Shown: positions 39,995-50,078 of the stretch, piece by piece
Layout of the letters: each line of letters begins with the position of its first letter
Position numbering within the stretch: the first letter of the stretch is position 1
Source: Spirochaetia bacterium
GTDB lineage: Bacteria > Spirochaetota > Spirochaetia > SZUA-6 > Bin103
NCBI GenBank assembly: GCA_965203905.1
Contig: CBDBDQ010000005.1
Coordinates: forward strand, 2,816,001 to 2,880,000
DNA: 64,000 bases
Direction: 5' to 3'
Position numbers and translations under genes: made by a program
Notes under the pieces: model-generated
Told to the model about the DNA's origin: nothing
Databases searched by the model: none
The model's input: the letters and a program-made list of their open reading frames with translations, nothing else

Positions 39995-40879
39995 CTACAG
40001 GGCCAGGGACGGGGTGCGCAGCGCCGTCGCCGGGTCCGCGCCGCGGCCGTTGCCGCCGGCGGCGATCCAGGGACGGTAGCGGTACTTCGTGCGGTCCTGG
40101 AAGCGCCGGTCGGCGGCGCGGGCGGAGAGCGCCAGCTCCACCACCTGGGCGCGGCGGCGGATCTGCTCGGCGGCAAATGCTCCCTCTACCGTGGGACGCG
40201 CGTGGTAGCCGAAGTAGACGGTCACGCGCTGCTCCGGCGAACGATTGGTGAACGAGCCGTGCACCAGGTTGCGGCTGTGGACGATCACGTCGCCGGCTGC
40301 CACCGGTACCGGAATCGATCCCGGCAGCCGCTCACCGTGGCTGGCGATCTGGGCCGCGATGTCCACCCGGCCATTGCGATGGCTGCCGGGCACCACGTAC
40401 AGGCAGCCGTTGCTCTCGTCCGAGTGGTACAGGTAGATGCCGAAGTTCACGCCGCGCTCGGGCACCTCGCCGGTGGCGAAGCGGCCATCCTGGTGCCAGG
40501 CGAACGGCGCGCCGACGTGCGGCAGCTTGATCACGACCGACTCCGCGAACGGCACCCAGTCGGGCCCGTACAGCGCCTCCACCGCCTGCAGCAGCCGCGG
40601 ATTGGCGTACACCTTCAGCACGTCGGCGGAGCGAGCCAGCGGCGTACTGATGCGGTTCAACACCGGCGAACCCTCGTCGGGCGGCAGAAACGAGTAGTCG
40701 TTGGGGTAGGGGACAGGGTTGCCCTCCCGGTCGTGGGGACGGTCCGGTCCCACCGGAGCCTGGTCCAGCAGTCGGCGCACCGCATCGCGTAGCAGCGCAA
40801 CCTCGGCGCCGCTCACCAGGCCGCGGACGACCACGTAGCCGTGGCGGCGGTAGTGGGCGACCTGCTCGGGACTCAGCAT
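39995..40879 (-). CDS. Phytanoyl-CoA dioxygenase (PhyH) family Fe(II)/2OG dioxygenase
   Basis: MLSPEQVAHYRRHGY, WHQD, NGCLYVVPGSH, HGS; the longer ORF in the track is a spurious 5' extension. Confidence 0.9.
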   Translation of the reverse strand: MLSPEQVAHYRRHGYVVVRGLVSGAEVALLRDAVRRLLDQAPVGPDRPHDREGNPVPYPNDYSFLPPDEGSPVLNRISTPLARSADVLKVYANPRLLQAVEALYGPDWVPFAESVVIKLPHVGAPFAWHQDGRFATGEVPERGVNFGIYLYHSDESNGCLYVVPGSHRNGRVDIAAQIASHGERLPGSIPVPVAAGDVIVHSRNLVHGSFTNRSPEQRVTVYFGYHARPTVEGAFAAEQIRRRAQVVELALSARAADRRFQDRTKYRYRPWIAAGGNGRGADPATALRTPSLAL

Positions 40880-40917
40880 GGCCGCAGTATGCCGGCCGGG
40901 AGCGCGCGGCGCCAGCG

Positions 40918-42192
40918 TCAGCGGCGCGCCACCCGCGGGTCGGCGATGGTGCGCAGCAACAGCCAGCCGAGCAGCGACAGCACCACGCCGGCGATGAACA
41001 CCGGCCGGAAGTCGGCCACGTCGATCAGCCAGCCGCCGAGGATGGGCGCGGCCAGGGCGGGGGCGGCGAGCAGGGTGGTGGTGAGCGCCACGTAGGTGGG
41101 AACCCGGCCGCCGGCGCCCAGGTCCATGGTCAGGGCCGGCCGCGCCACCTTGATGCCGGCGTCGGAGACGGTAAGCAGCGCGAACGCGGCGTACATCCAC
41201 CCCGCGCCGGGCGCGAACACCATCACCAGGCCGGCGGCCGCACACAGCAGCGCCGCCACCTCGATCGCCGAGCGGTGGCCGAAGCGGTCGCCCCACCAGC
41301 CCAGCAGCGGCGTGCCGAGGGCCTGGCTGATCAGCGCCGCCATGGTGAGGGAGGCGGCGAAGGCGTCGCTGACGGCGAATGTCTCCCTCCCGTACACGAT
41401 GTAGAAGGTGACTCCCAGGGTGCCGAAGATCACCAGGAGCTGGCTCACCAGGAAGCGTGCGAAGTTGGGGTCTCCGCGCAGCACCGCCGGCAGTTCTCTC
41501 AGGTAGGCGCCGAGGCGTATCCGGGGACGGTCGGCACGGCGCGGCGGCTCGCGGTTCAGCGTCAGGAAGCTCCAGGAAATCGCCTGACCGGCGAAGGCCA
41601 GCAGGAAGCACAGCCCGAACGACACAGGGAAGGCCACCGTATCCAGGATGTGGCGCGCCAGCAGCGCACCGGCCGCGCCCATCAGCCCACCGAACGCGCT
41701 GCCGAGCCCGAACATCAGCCCCTTGCGGTCGGGATGGATGATGTTGGCCAGCATGGCGCGCCAGGCCGGGCTGGCAACGCCGACCGCGCCCTGCGAGAAC
41801 AGCAGCATGGCCACCAGGAAGGCATAGGAGAACCACGCCGGCGCCGTCGGCCACAGCAGGATGCCGAGCGCGAGGATCAGCCACGGCACGCGCTCGAACA
41901 CGCTGACCTTCACGATCCACGGTTTCTTCCGCTCCAGCGACTCGGCGCGCGCCGCCATCAGGATCTGCGGCACGTGGGACGCCACGATGTAGACGGCGGG
42001 GATGAGCCCGATCAGGACCCGCGACTCGGTCAGGTAGCTGACGTAGAGGGGCAGGATCGTGGAGATGAACACGAAGCTGCCGGCCAGGTTGACGAACGAC
42101 AGGTCGCCGATGTTGACCCAGAAGTTCCAGCCCGCGTTGCGGCGCACTGCCGCCCGGTAGGCGTCGTCGTCGAAGCGCCCGGATGCGATCAC
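40918..42192 (-). CDS. MFS transporter
   Basis: About 12 hydrophobic segments; GWWGDRFGHR motif A. Confidence 0.88.
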   Translation of the reverse strand: MIASGRFDDDAYRAAVRRNAGWNFWVNIGDLSFVNLAGSFVFISTILPLYVSYLTESRVLIGLIPAVYIVASHVPQILMAARAESLERKKPWIVKVSVFERVPWLILALGILLWPTAPAWFSYAFLVAMLLFSQGAVGVASPAWRAMLANIIHPDRKGLMFGLGSAFGGLMGAAGALLARHILDTVAFPVSFGLCFLLAFAGQAISWSFLTLNREPPRRADRPRIRLGAYLRELPAVLRGDPNFARFLVSQLLVIFGTLGVTFYIVYGRETFAVSDAFAASLTMAALISQALGTPLLGWWGDRFGHRSAIEVAALLCAAAGLVMVFAPGAGWMYAAFALLTVSDAGIKVARPALTMDLGAGGRVPTYVALTTTLLAAPALAAPILGGWLIDVADFRPVFIAGVVLSLLGWLLLRTIADPRVARR

Positions 42193-42198
42193 CGGCGG

Positions 42199-43368
42199 CT
42201 ACTGTGGGGCAACCGACTCCCAGGTGCCGCTGTCCCAGGAGCGCGCCACCGCCTGCTGCACCCGCGCCACCGCGGCGGCGGCCGCCAGGCTGGCACGTCC
42301 CGGCGTGCCCTGGGCGACGGCGCTCAGAAACTCGGCCAGCTCGATGGTGAGGGTGTCGTCGTAGCCGATGCCGATGCCGGCGCCGGGGTTGAAGCGTCCG
42401 TGGTAGGGGTGCTGCGGCCCGCCGATGGCCTGGGTAAAGCCGTCGCCGGTGGCTCCGCGCTCGTCCGCGAGCCGCACCTGCAGCTCGTTGAGCCGCTCGA
42501 AGTCCCAGGCCAGCGCGCCGCGGCGGCCGTTCACCTCGAACGCCATCTGGCACTCCGGGCCGAAGATCACCCGGCACGCCTCCAGCGTGCCGCGCGCCCC
42601 GCACGCGAACTCCGCCAGGATTCCCACGTAGTCCTCGTTGGTCACCGGCCCGGTGGGGCCGCCGCGCCTGGCGCTGAAGTGGGTGCCCTCGCCGGGCGTC
42701 GCCAGCGGCCGTTCGGTGATGAAGGTGTGCTGCTGGCTCACCACCCGCCGGATCGGGCCGGCGATGAAGTGGGCGGTGTCCAGCACGTGCGAGATCAGGT
42801 CGGCCAGGGTGCCGCGGCCGGCCAGCTCGCGCTGGAAGCGCCAGGACAGCACGCCGTCCGGGTCGCGCCCGTAACCGCTGAAGAAACGCCCGCGGTAGTG
42901 GGTCAACTCGCCGAGGCGGCCGTCGGCGATCAGGCGCCGCGCCTGCTGCACCATCGGTGCCCAGGCGTAGTTGTAGCCCACCCCGCTCACCACGCCCGCG
43001 CGCTGCGCGGCGGCCGCCAGCGCCAGGGTCTCCTCCGGGCTGCGGCCCACCGGCTTCTCGCAGAACACGTGCTTGCCGGCCGCGATCGCGGCTTCCACCA
43101 TGGGCCGGTGCAGGTAGTTGGGGGCGGTGACGCTCACCACCTCCACGTCCGCCGCGGCCACCACCTCGCGCCAGTCGCCGGTGGTACGGGCAAAGCCGTA
43201 CTCGCGCTGCGCCGCGTCCCTGCGCGCCTCCACCTCGTCGGCGCACAGCACCAGCCGCGGCTCCAGGCCGCGATCGGCGAACCGGTGCCGCACCTGCAGA
43301 TAGGCGCGGCTGTGGGCGCCGCCCATCCAGCCCATGCCGATCACCCCGATGCCAAGCTGCCTGCTCAT
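42199..43368 (-). CDS. Gfo/Idh/MocA family oxidoreductase
   Basis: GVIGMGWMG, HVFCEKP, GTLADLISH. Confidence 0.92.
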   Translation of the reverse strand: MSRQLGIGVIGMGWMGGAHSRAYLQVRHRFADRGLEPRLVLCADEVEARRDAAQREYGFARTTGDWREVVAAADVEVVSVTAPNYLHRPMVEAAIAAGKHVFCEKPVGRSPEETLALAAAAQRAGVVSGVGYNYAWAPMVQQARRLIADGRLGELTHYRGRFFSGYGRDPDGVLSWRFQRELAGRGTLADLISHVLDTAHFIAGPIRRVVSQQHTFITERPLATPGEGTHFSARRGGPTGPVTNEDYVGILAEFACGARGTLEACRVIFGPECQMAFEVNGRRGALAWDFERLNELQVRLADERGATGDGFTQAIGGPQHPYHGRFNPGAGIGIGYDDTLTIELAEFLSAVAQGTPGRASLAAAAAVARVQQAVARSWDSGTWESVAPQ

Positions 43369-43511
43369 CGCCGCCATGATCGCATGCCGCCGCGCGCGGG
43401 CGCCAGATCCCGGCACCACCGCGGCTGCGACGGCTCGCACCGGCGGAACCCCCGGCCCGGCGTCCACGGGACAGCGACACCTGCGGCCGGTTGGCGTATG
43501 CTGGCGCTCTC

Positions 43512-44450
43512 ATGGCGGAGCTGAAGGTTGCAATCGTCGGCTGCGGGGGGCGCGGCCGGGGTCACGCGCGCCACATCGCGGGGCTGGACGGAGTACGGCT
43601 GGAAGCGGCCTGCGATCCCGTGGCGGCCACGCGCCGGGCGCTGGCGGCGGAGTTCGGAATCGCGCACCAGTATGACGAGCCGCGCCAGATGCTGGCGGCC
43701 GGGTCCGTCGACGCGGCGGTGGTGAGCGCGCCGCCGGAGCTCAACTTCGCGGCGGCCCTGCCCTGCCTGGAGGCGGGCGTGGACACCCTGGTGGAGAAGC
43801 CGCCGGGCCTGCGCGTGGCGGAGACCCGACGGCTCCAGGAGGCGGCGGCGCGCAGCGGCGCCCGCTGCATGGTAGGTTGGAACCGCCGTTTCAACCCGCT
43901 CATCGTCGAGGCGCGGCAGCGCGTCGCCGAGCGTGGCCCGCTGGTCACCGTGGTGGGCGAGTTCCACAAGAACCTGGTGCAGATCGAGGCCGAGGGCAAG
44001 CTTACGGAGCCGGTCCTGGCGCGCTTTCTCTACGAGACGCCGATCCACGCCATCGACACCCTGCGCGTCCTGGCGGGTTCGCCGGCAGGCGAGGTGCATG
44101 CCCTGTCCCGCAGCGCGGTGTCGCGCCATCGCGACGTCTTCGGGGCGCTGATCCAATTCGAGAACGGCTGCGTCGGCCACCTCGTCGCGAACGTGACCAG
44201 CGGTGCCCGGCTGGAGCGCTACGAGCTGCACGGCGCCGGGATCTCGGCCTACCTGGAGGGCGTGAGCCGGGGCCAGGCGGTGGAGGACGACGCGGTGACC
44301 GAACTCTCCCTGACGGCCGACAGCACGCTGGAGCAGGACCGCTTCTTCCTCGACTGCGTGCGCGCCGGCCGGCCCATCACCGCGCCTGCCGCCGACCTGG
44401 ACGAGGCGGTGGCGACCATGGAGCTGGCGGCGCGCATCTTCGGCGACTGA
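43512..44450 (+). CDS. Gfo/Idh/MocA family oxidoreductase
   Basis: AIVGCGGRG, LVEKP, VGWNRRF. Confidence 0.92.
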   Translation: MAELKVAIVGCGGRGRGHARHIAGLDGVRLEAACDPVAATRRALAAEFGIAHQYDEPRQMLAAGSVDAAVVSAPPELNFAAALPCLEAGVDTLVEKPPGLRVAETRRLQEAAARSGARCMVGWNRRFNPLIVEARQRVAERGPLVTVVGEFHKNLVQIEAEGKLTEPVLARFLYETPIHAIDTLRVLAGSPAGEVHALSRSAVSRHRDVFGALIQFENGCVGHLVANVTSGARLERYELHGAGISAYLEGVSRGQAVEDDAVTELSLTADSTLEQDRFFLDCVRAGRPITAPAADLDEAVATMELAARIFGD

Positions 44451-44478
44451 GCGCCGCCGAGCCGCTCAGTCCGCGGCG

Positions 44479-46197
44479 TCAGTTGGCGGCGGCCGCGGCC
44501 AGGGCGGGGGCCGGCAGCGGCAGCGGCGATGCCGCCAGGGTGCGGTTCAGGGCCGAGATCAGCGCCAGCGCGGAGGCCTTGGCGATGTTGGGGTTGGTGC
44601 CCACCCCGAAGCGCTGGGTGCCGTCGTCGCGGGCGATCTGGATGTAGGCGATGGCGGTGGAGTCGGTGCCCTGGCCGAGGGCGTGCTCGGAGTAGTGGGT
44701 CAGCCGGAAGTCGGCCAGGCCCGCTTGGCCGAGAGCGTCCTTGAGGGCGTCGATCGGCCCGTTGCCGGTGCCGCTCAGCTCCATCTCGGAGCCGTCCACC
44801 GCCAGCGTCAGGGTGCCGTGCATGCGGGAGCTGTCCTCGGTATCGCTGGCGATGGCGTAGTCGAGAAAGCGCAGCGGCGCGTCCGCCTCCAGGTACTCGC
44901 GCTGGAAGGCGCGCCAGATCTCGTGCGCCTCCACCTCGCGGCCGCTGCGGTCGCTCAGCACCTGCACCACCTGGCCGAACTCCGGCTGCATGGTCTTGGG
45001 TAGCTGGCAGCCGAACTCGGTCTCCATCACGTAGGCGACGCCGCCCTTCCCGGACTGGGAGTTGATGCGGATGATCGCCTGGTAGGAGCGGCCGATGTCG
45101 GTGGGGTCGATGGGCAGGTAGGGCACCTCCCACAGGCTGTCGGGAGCGTCGCTCTGCGCCGTCATGCCCTTGTTGATGGCGTCCTGGTGGGAGCCGGAGA
45201 AGGCGGTGAACACCAGCTCGCCGGCGTAGGGGTGGCGTGCGCCCACCGGCAACTCGGTGCAGTAGTCGGAGACCTCGATCAGGCGGCTCAGGTCGTGCAG
45301 GTCGAGCCCGGGATCGATGCCCTGCGTGTACAGGTTGAGGGCCACGGTGACGATGTCCACGTTGCCGGTGCGCTCGCCGTTGCCGAACAGCGTGCCTTCG
45401 ACCCGGTCTGCGCCGGCCATCAGTGCAAGCTCGGTGGCGGCCACGCCGGTGCCGCGGTCGTTGTGGGTGTGCAGGCTGAGGATGATGCTGTCGCGGCGCT
45501 GCACGTGGCGCAGGAACCATTCGATCTGGTCGGCGTGCACGTTGGGGGTGGCCAGCTCCACCGTGGCCGGCAGGTTGATGATGATGGGCCGCTGCGGGCT
45601 GGGGTCCCAGGCCTCGATCACCGCGTCGCACACCTCCACCGAGAAGTCCAGCTCGGTGCCGGTAAAGCTCTCCGGCGAGTACTCGTAGAGGATCTCGGTG
45701 TCGGTTCGGTCGGCCAGCTCGCGCACCAGGCGGGTGCCGTCCACGGCGATTCCGCGGATGGCGGCACGGTCCATGCGGAACACCACGCGGCGCTGCAGCT
45801 CGGAGGTGGAGTTGTAGAGGTGGACAATCGCCCGCGGGGTCCCCTCGATCGCCTCGAAGGTGCGCCGGATCAGGTGGTCGCGCGACTGGGTAAGCACCTG
45901 GGGATACACCCCCTCGGGAATCAGGTCGCGCTCGATCAGGGTGCGCGTGAAGTCGAACTCCACGGCGGCGGCGGAGGGGAACCCCACCTCGATCTGCTTG
46001 AAGCCGATGTCCACCAGCAGGGAGAACATGCGCAGCTTCTGCTCCAGGTTCATCGGGTTGATGAGAGCCTGGTTGCCGTCGCGCAGGTCGACGCTGCACC
46101 ACTGCGGGGCCTGCGTCAGGGTACGGTTCGGCCACTGCCGGTCGGGCAGGTCGATGGTGGGGAAGGGTCGGTACTTGGTGATGGTGCCTCGCTGCAC
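44479..46197 (-). CDS. leuA: 2-isopropylmalate synthase (yeast/actinobacterial type)
   Basis: GGAGGAGG RBS and GTG at 46197; WCSVDLRDGNQAL, HTHNDRG, GNGERTGN, AFSGSHQDAI, GNGPID regulatory domain. Confidence 0.97.
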   Translation of the reverse strand: MQRGTITKYRPFPTIDLPDRQWPNRTLTQAPQWCSVDLRDGNQALINPMNLEQKLRMFSLLVDIGFKQIEVGFPSAAAVEFDFTRTLIERDLIPEGVYPQVLTQSRDHLIRRTFEAIEGTPRAIVHLYNSTSELQRRVVFRMDRAAIRGIAVDGTRLVRELADRTDTEILYEYSPESFTGTELDFSVEVCDAVIEAWDPSPQRPIIINLPATVELATPNVHADQIEWFLRHVQRRDSIILSLHTHNDRGTGVAATELALMAGADRVEGTLFGNGERTGNVDIVTVALNLYTQGIDPGLDLHDLSRLIEVSDYCTELPVGARHPYAGELVFTAFSGSHQDAINKGMTAQSDAPDSLWEVPYLPIDPTDIGRSYQAIIRINSQSGKGGVAYVMETEFGCQLPKTMQPEFGQVVQVLSDRSGREVEAHEIWRAFQREYLEADAPLRFLDYAIASDTEDSSRMHGTLTLAVDGSEMELSGTGNGPIDALKDALGQAGLADFRLTHYSEHALGQGTDSTAIAYIQIARDDGTQRFGVGTNPNIAKASALALISALNRTLAASPLPLPAPALAAAAAN

Positions 46198-46230
46198 GGT
46201 GTCCTCCTCCGTAGCGCCCTCAAGGCGCGG

Positions 46231-46284
46231 AAACAAAAAAAGCCCGGGTCCGCAGTCGACCATGTTCGACTGTGAGCCCGGGCT
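46231..46284 (-). terminator. Attenuator terminator upstream of leuA
   Basis: Minus strand AGCCCGGG..CAGTCGA-loop-TCGACTG..CCCGGGCT followed by TTTTTTGTTT. Confidence 0.9.
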
Positions 46285-46304
46285 GCTGCTTGCTGCGCCG
46301 TTCG

Positions 46305-46397
46305 CTACATGCGGTCTCCGGCGGAGCACGCGGCAACCCAGGCCGTTAGGCCCAGTAGGGTGAGAAGCAATTGCAGTAGTGTCGGAAGCTGACGCAT
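46305..46397 (-). CDS. leuL: Leucine-rich leader peptide (30 aa)
   Basis: MRQLPTLLQLLLTLLGLTAWVAACSAGDRM*; 9 Leu codons including CTA x3, CTT x2 and TTG. Confidence 0.85.
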   Translation of the reverse strand: MRQLPTLLQLLLTLLGLTAWVAACSAGDRM

Positions 46398-46419
46398 GTC
46401 CTAACCGAAGTCCGCGCCC

Positions 46420-46449
46420 AATCTACCGCGGAGCGTTACAGAGTGGCAA
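46420..46449 (-). promoter_or_regulatory. Putative leu leader promoter
   Basis: TTGCCA-18nt-TAGATT about 22 nt upstream of the leader ATG. Confidence 0.55.
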
Positions 46450-46514
46450 GTGGTTTATGGCATAGTGGCATGAGTGGCATAGGGGTGGGAGTGACCGGTG
46501 CACATCGGGGACGT

Positions 46515-48092
46515 ATGATGACGGTGGTGGACAAGCGCAAGCTGCCGATCGGCATCCAGACCTTCCGCCAGATCCGCGAGGAGGGCTACTACTACGTCGA
46601 CAAGACCACCTGGGCACGCCGGCTCGAGGACGACGCCGGCAAGCACTACTTTCTGTCGCGCCCGCGGCGCTTCGGCAAGAGCCTGTTCGTGGACACGCTC
46701 AAGGAGCTGTACGAGGGCAGCGAGGAGCTGTTCCGCGGGCTGGCCGTCCACGACGGCTGGGACTGGTCCCGGCGCCACCCGGTGGTGCGGCTCGATTTCA
46801 GCAGTGGCGACTTCGCCGACCCGGAGGAACTGCACCGGAATCTGATGCAGCAGTTCGACCTCATCGAACGCGACCACGGGATGGAGTCCGGCTACGACAC
46901 GCCGCGCGGGCGCTTCCTCCACCTGTTGCGGGAACTGCACCGGCGCGCCGGACGGCGTGTGGTAGTGCTGGTGGACGAGTACGACAAACCGATTCTGGAT
47001 GCGATCGACGACGTGGAGACGGCCACGCTCAACCGGCGCCGCCTGCGTGGGCTGTACGGGACGATCAAGTTCGCCGACGCGCACATCGAGCTGACCTTCA
47101 TCACGGGGGTGAGCAAGTTCAGCAAGGTGAGCATCTTCTCCGACCTGAACAATCTCATCGACGTTACCCTCGACCCGGCCTACGCGGCGATCTGCGGCTA
47201 CACCGGGGCGGATCTGGACAAGGTGTTCGCGCCGGAACTGCCGGGCCTGGAGCGGGACGCCATCCGCGCCTGGTACAACGGCTACCACTGGCTGGGCGAA
47301 GAGCGGCTGTACAACCCATTCGGACTGCTCATGCTGTTCCGCAGCCGCATGTTCAAGGCGCACTGGTTCGAGACCGCCACGCCTCGCTTTCTGATCGACA
47401 CGCTGATCCGGTCCGGCTTCGCTGCCCCCAACCTGGAAGGGGTGTACGCAAGCGAGACGCTGCTGTCCTCGTTCGACGTGGAGGCAATCGCGCCCGAGGC
47501 GCTGCTGTTTCAGACCGGCTGCCTGACTATCGTCGACGAGCAGGATGACGACGGCTACCGGCAGTACCGGCTGGGCTACCCGAACCGGGAGGTGCGCCGC
47601 AGCCTGAACCAGAGCCTGCTGCACACGCTGGCGCCGCACTGGCAGCAGGCGGCACGGGCCGGTGCCGGCGCAGGCGGGACCGCCCTGCGCCGGCTCCTGG
47701 CGGCGCGCGCCTGGGCCGGCCTGGAGGCTCTGTTCCGGGCACTGCTGGCCGGCATCCCGCACGATTGGCACCGGCGCAACGACGTGGCCCGCTATGAGGG
47801 GTACTGGGCGAGCGTATTCTACTCCTTCTTCCAGGCGTCGCTGGACGGCGTGTCGGTGGAGGACGCCACCAGCCGCGGCCGATTGGATCTGGCGGTGGTC
47901 TCATCCGGCACGGCGTGGCTGTTCGAGTTCAAGATCGCCGAACGCTCCAAGGCCGGCGCGGCGCTGACGCAACTGAAGGAACGGCGTTACGCCGACAAGC
48001 ACCGCGCGGCCTGCCGCGCGGTGTACCTGATCGGCGTGGAGATCAGCGCCGAGCGACGCGCCCTCGCCGCGTTCGCCGTGGAATCTGCCTGA
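46515..48092 (+). CDS. AAA-ATPase-like protein with C-terminal PD-(D/E)XK nuclease domain
   Basis: KLPIGIQTF, YYVDKT, RPRRFGKS, LVDEYDKP, WYNGY, GRLD...LFEFK, ALTQ...Y. Confidence 0.92.
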   Translation: MMTVVDKRKLPIGIQTFRQIREEGYYYVDKTTWARRLEDDAGKHYFLSRPRRFGKSLFVDTLKELYEGSEELFRGLAVHDGWDWSRRHPVVRLDFSSGDFADPEELHRNLMQQFDLIERDHGMESGYDTPRGRFLHLLRELHRRAGRRVVVLVDEYDKPILDAIDDVETATLNRRRLRGLYGTIKFADAHIELTFITGVSKFSKVSIFSDLNNLIDVTLDPAYAAICGYTGADLDKVFAPELPGLERDAIRAWYNGYHWLGEERLYNPFGLLMLFRSRMFKAHWFETATPRFLIDTLIRSGFAAPNLEGVYASETLLSSFDVEAIAPEALLFQTGCLTIVDEQDDDGYRQYRLGYPNREVRRSLNQSLLHTLAPHWQQAARAGAGAGGTALRRLLAARAWAGLEALFRALLAGIPHDWHRRNDVARYEGYWASVFYSFFQASLDGVSVEDATSRGRLDLAVVSSGTAWLFEFKIAERSKAGAALTQLKERRYADKHRAACRAVYLIGVEISAERRALAAFAVESA

Positions 48093-48224
48093 ACTCCGGG
48101 CGGCGGCATGAGCGGGCTGGCTACCGCCGGGGCGCGCATGACCGCCAACGCGGTGGCGCGCTGCATGGAGTAATCACCCGGTCGCGCCGCGTGGCAAGTG
48201 GTTGTGGCTTGGCACGGCGCAGCG

Positions 48225-49037
48225 CTATCCCTTGAGCGCCCCGGCGGTCAGACCGCTCACGAACTGGCGCAGGGCAATGCCGAACACCACCACCAGGGGC
48301 AGCGTGGCGATCACGAAACCGGCCATCATCGGCCCGTACTGGGTCAGGTAGGCGCCCTGGAAGAAGCGCAGGCCCACCGCTACCGGGCGCAGCGAGTCGC
48401 TGGAAATCGCCACCAGCGGCCAGATGAAGTCGTTCCAGGTGGCGAGCAGGTGCACGATCAGGATGGTGATCACCACCGGCACCGACAACGGCAGGCCGAT
48501 CAGCCAGTAGCAGTGTAGCTTGTTGGCGCCGTCCATGTACGCGGACTCGAAAATCTCCTCCGGCAGATTGGCGAAGAAGGTACGGAACACCAGGATCGAG
48601 AACGGCTGGCTGACCGCGATCCAGGGCAGGATGAGGGCCCACGGCGTATTGATCAGGCCGAACTGTCTCACCTCCATGAACAGCGGCACGAGCTGCAGCA
48701 CCGAGGGAATCATGAGCAGCGAAATGGTGGCCAGGAACAGAAAGTTGTCGCCGGGAAACCGGTAGCGGGCAAAGGCGAAGGCGGCCAGCGAGGCGAACAG
48801 GGCGATGCCCGCGATGCTCACCGTGCTGTACCAGGTGCTGTTGAACAGGTATACCGACACCACTTCCCAGGCGATCGCGTAGTTGCTCCAAGTCAGCGGA
48901 AACAGCGGCAGCCAGAACTCGTGGTAGAACTGGTTGAGGCTCTTGAACGAGGTGATGAACATGAAGACGAAGGGAAAGAAGGTGAGCACCGCGATCAAGA
49001 CGAGAATGGAGAACGCTATGATCCGTGACAGGGACAT
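48225..49037 (-). CDS. Carbohydrate ABC transporter permease (MalG-like)
   Basis: EIFESAYMDGA EAA motif; WNDFIWP. Confidence 0.95.
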   Translation of the reverse strand: MSLSRIIAFSILVLIAVLTFFPFVFMFITSFKSLNQFYHEFWLPLFPLTWSNYAIAWEVVSVYLFNSTWYSTVSIAGIALFASLAAFAFARYRFPGDNFLFLATISLLMIPSVLQLVPLFMEVRQFGLINTPWALILPWIAVSQPFSILVFRTFFANLPEEIFESAYMDGANKLHCYWLIGLPLSVPVVITILIVHLLATWNDFIWPLVAISSDSLRPVAVGLRFFQGAYLTQYGPMMAGFVIATLPLVVVFGIALRQFVSGLTAGALKG

Positions 49038-49121
49038 GGCCAGCTAACGCCCAAAAACCGCCGCCAGCCGGCGTCGCTTCGTCCTGTCGATGGGTCGCTG
49101 CCGCTCCAATTCGGCAGGCTC

Positions 49122-50060
49122 CTAACGCCGGGCGACGTATTCGGTCTCCACCTTGATGCCCTTGAAGTTCAGGTAGGTGAGTCCGAATATCAGGATGAAC
49201 AGGACGAAGCCGATGGTGGTGGCGTAGCCCATGCGGGCGTACCAGAACCCCATGTTGTACATGTAGAGCCCCGGCACCAGGGTGGCGAATCCGGGACCGC
49301 CCTCGGTGAGGATGAGCTGCACGCCGAAGCTCTGCAGGGAGTTGATCACGCTCAGGATCAGGATCAGCTTGACCTGTCCCAGCACCATCGGCAGGTCGAT
49401 GTACCAGAATCTGCGGAACACATTCACCCCGTCGATCAGGGCGGAATCGAGGATCTCGTCGGAGATCGCCTGCAGCCCGGACAGGTAGATCAGCAGGGAG
49501 AATCCGCCCACCCAGGGGAAGCCGATGAACATCATCGCGAGCAGCGCGAAGCGGGCGTCGCCGAGCCACGCGTGGCGCAGATTCTCCAGTCCGATGAGGC
49601 TCAGGAACTGGTTGATGATGCCCACCTCGGCGTCGTAGATGAATCCCCAGACCAGGACCATGACGATGAACGGGACCACCATCGGAAACACCAGCATGGC
49701 GCGCGACACGTACTGCAGCCGCGCCGACTTCAGGTTGAAGATCAGCTCGGCGGCGAACAGCGGCGCGGTGGTGTTTACGACGATGGCGAAGGCGGACAGC
49801 TTGAGCAGGTTGGCGAGCGCCGTCAGGAAGATGTCGTCCCCGGCCAGCTCGATGAAGTTGTTCAGCCCGATGAAGCGCGACACGCCGCCCACGGTCCAGC
49901 GGGTGAAGGAGTGCTGGATGGCCGACAGGAACGGGTAGTAGGAGAACAGCAGCATGAGCAGGAAGGAGGGGGCGAGAAACAAGTAGACCGTCTTGTTGGC
50001 GTAGATGCGCCGCAAGAGGTCCTGTACGGAACTGCGGAAGGGTACCGATGGCGCTGACAA
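49122..50060 (-). CDS. Carbohydrate ABC transporter permease (MalF-like)
   Basis: FIGLNNF, ILDSALIDG, LTEGGPG. Confidence 0.95.
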   Translation of the reverse strand: MSAPSVPFRSSVQDLLRRIYANKTVYLFLAPSFLLMLLFSYYPFLSAIQHSFTRWTVGGVSRFIGLNNFIELAGDDIFLTALANLLKLSAFAIVVNTTAPLFAAELIFNLKSARLQYVSRAMLVFPMVVPFIVMVLVWGFIYDAEVGIINQFLSLIGLENLRHAWLGDARFALLAMMFIGFPWVGGFSLLIYLSGLQAISDEILDSALIDGVNVFRRFWYIDLPMVLGQVKLILILSVINSLQSFGVQLILTEGGPGFATLVPGLYMYNMGFWYARMGYATTIGFVLFILIFGLTYLNFKGIKVETEYVARR

Positions 50061-50078
50061 GCGTGCTGCCCCGGGGAA

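Noticed and set aside
39995-43513. 1172-aa fusion protein
   Set aside because: Only the last 294 codons are PhyH; the rest overlaps the MFS and oxidoreductase genes in another frame.
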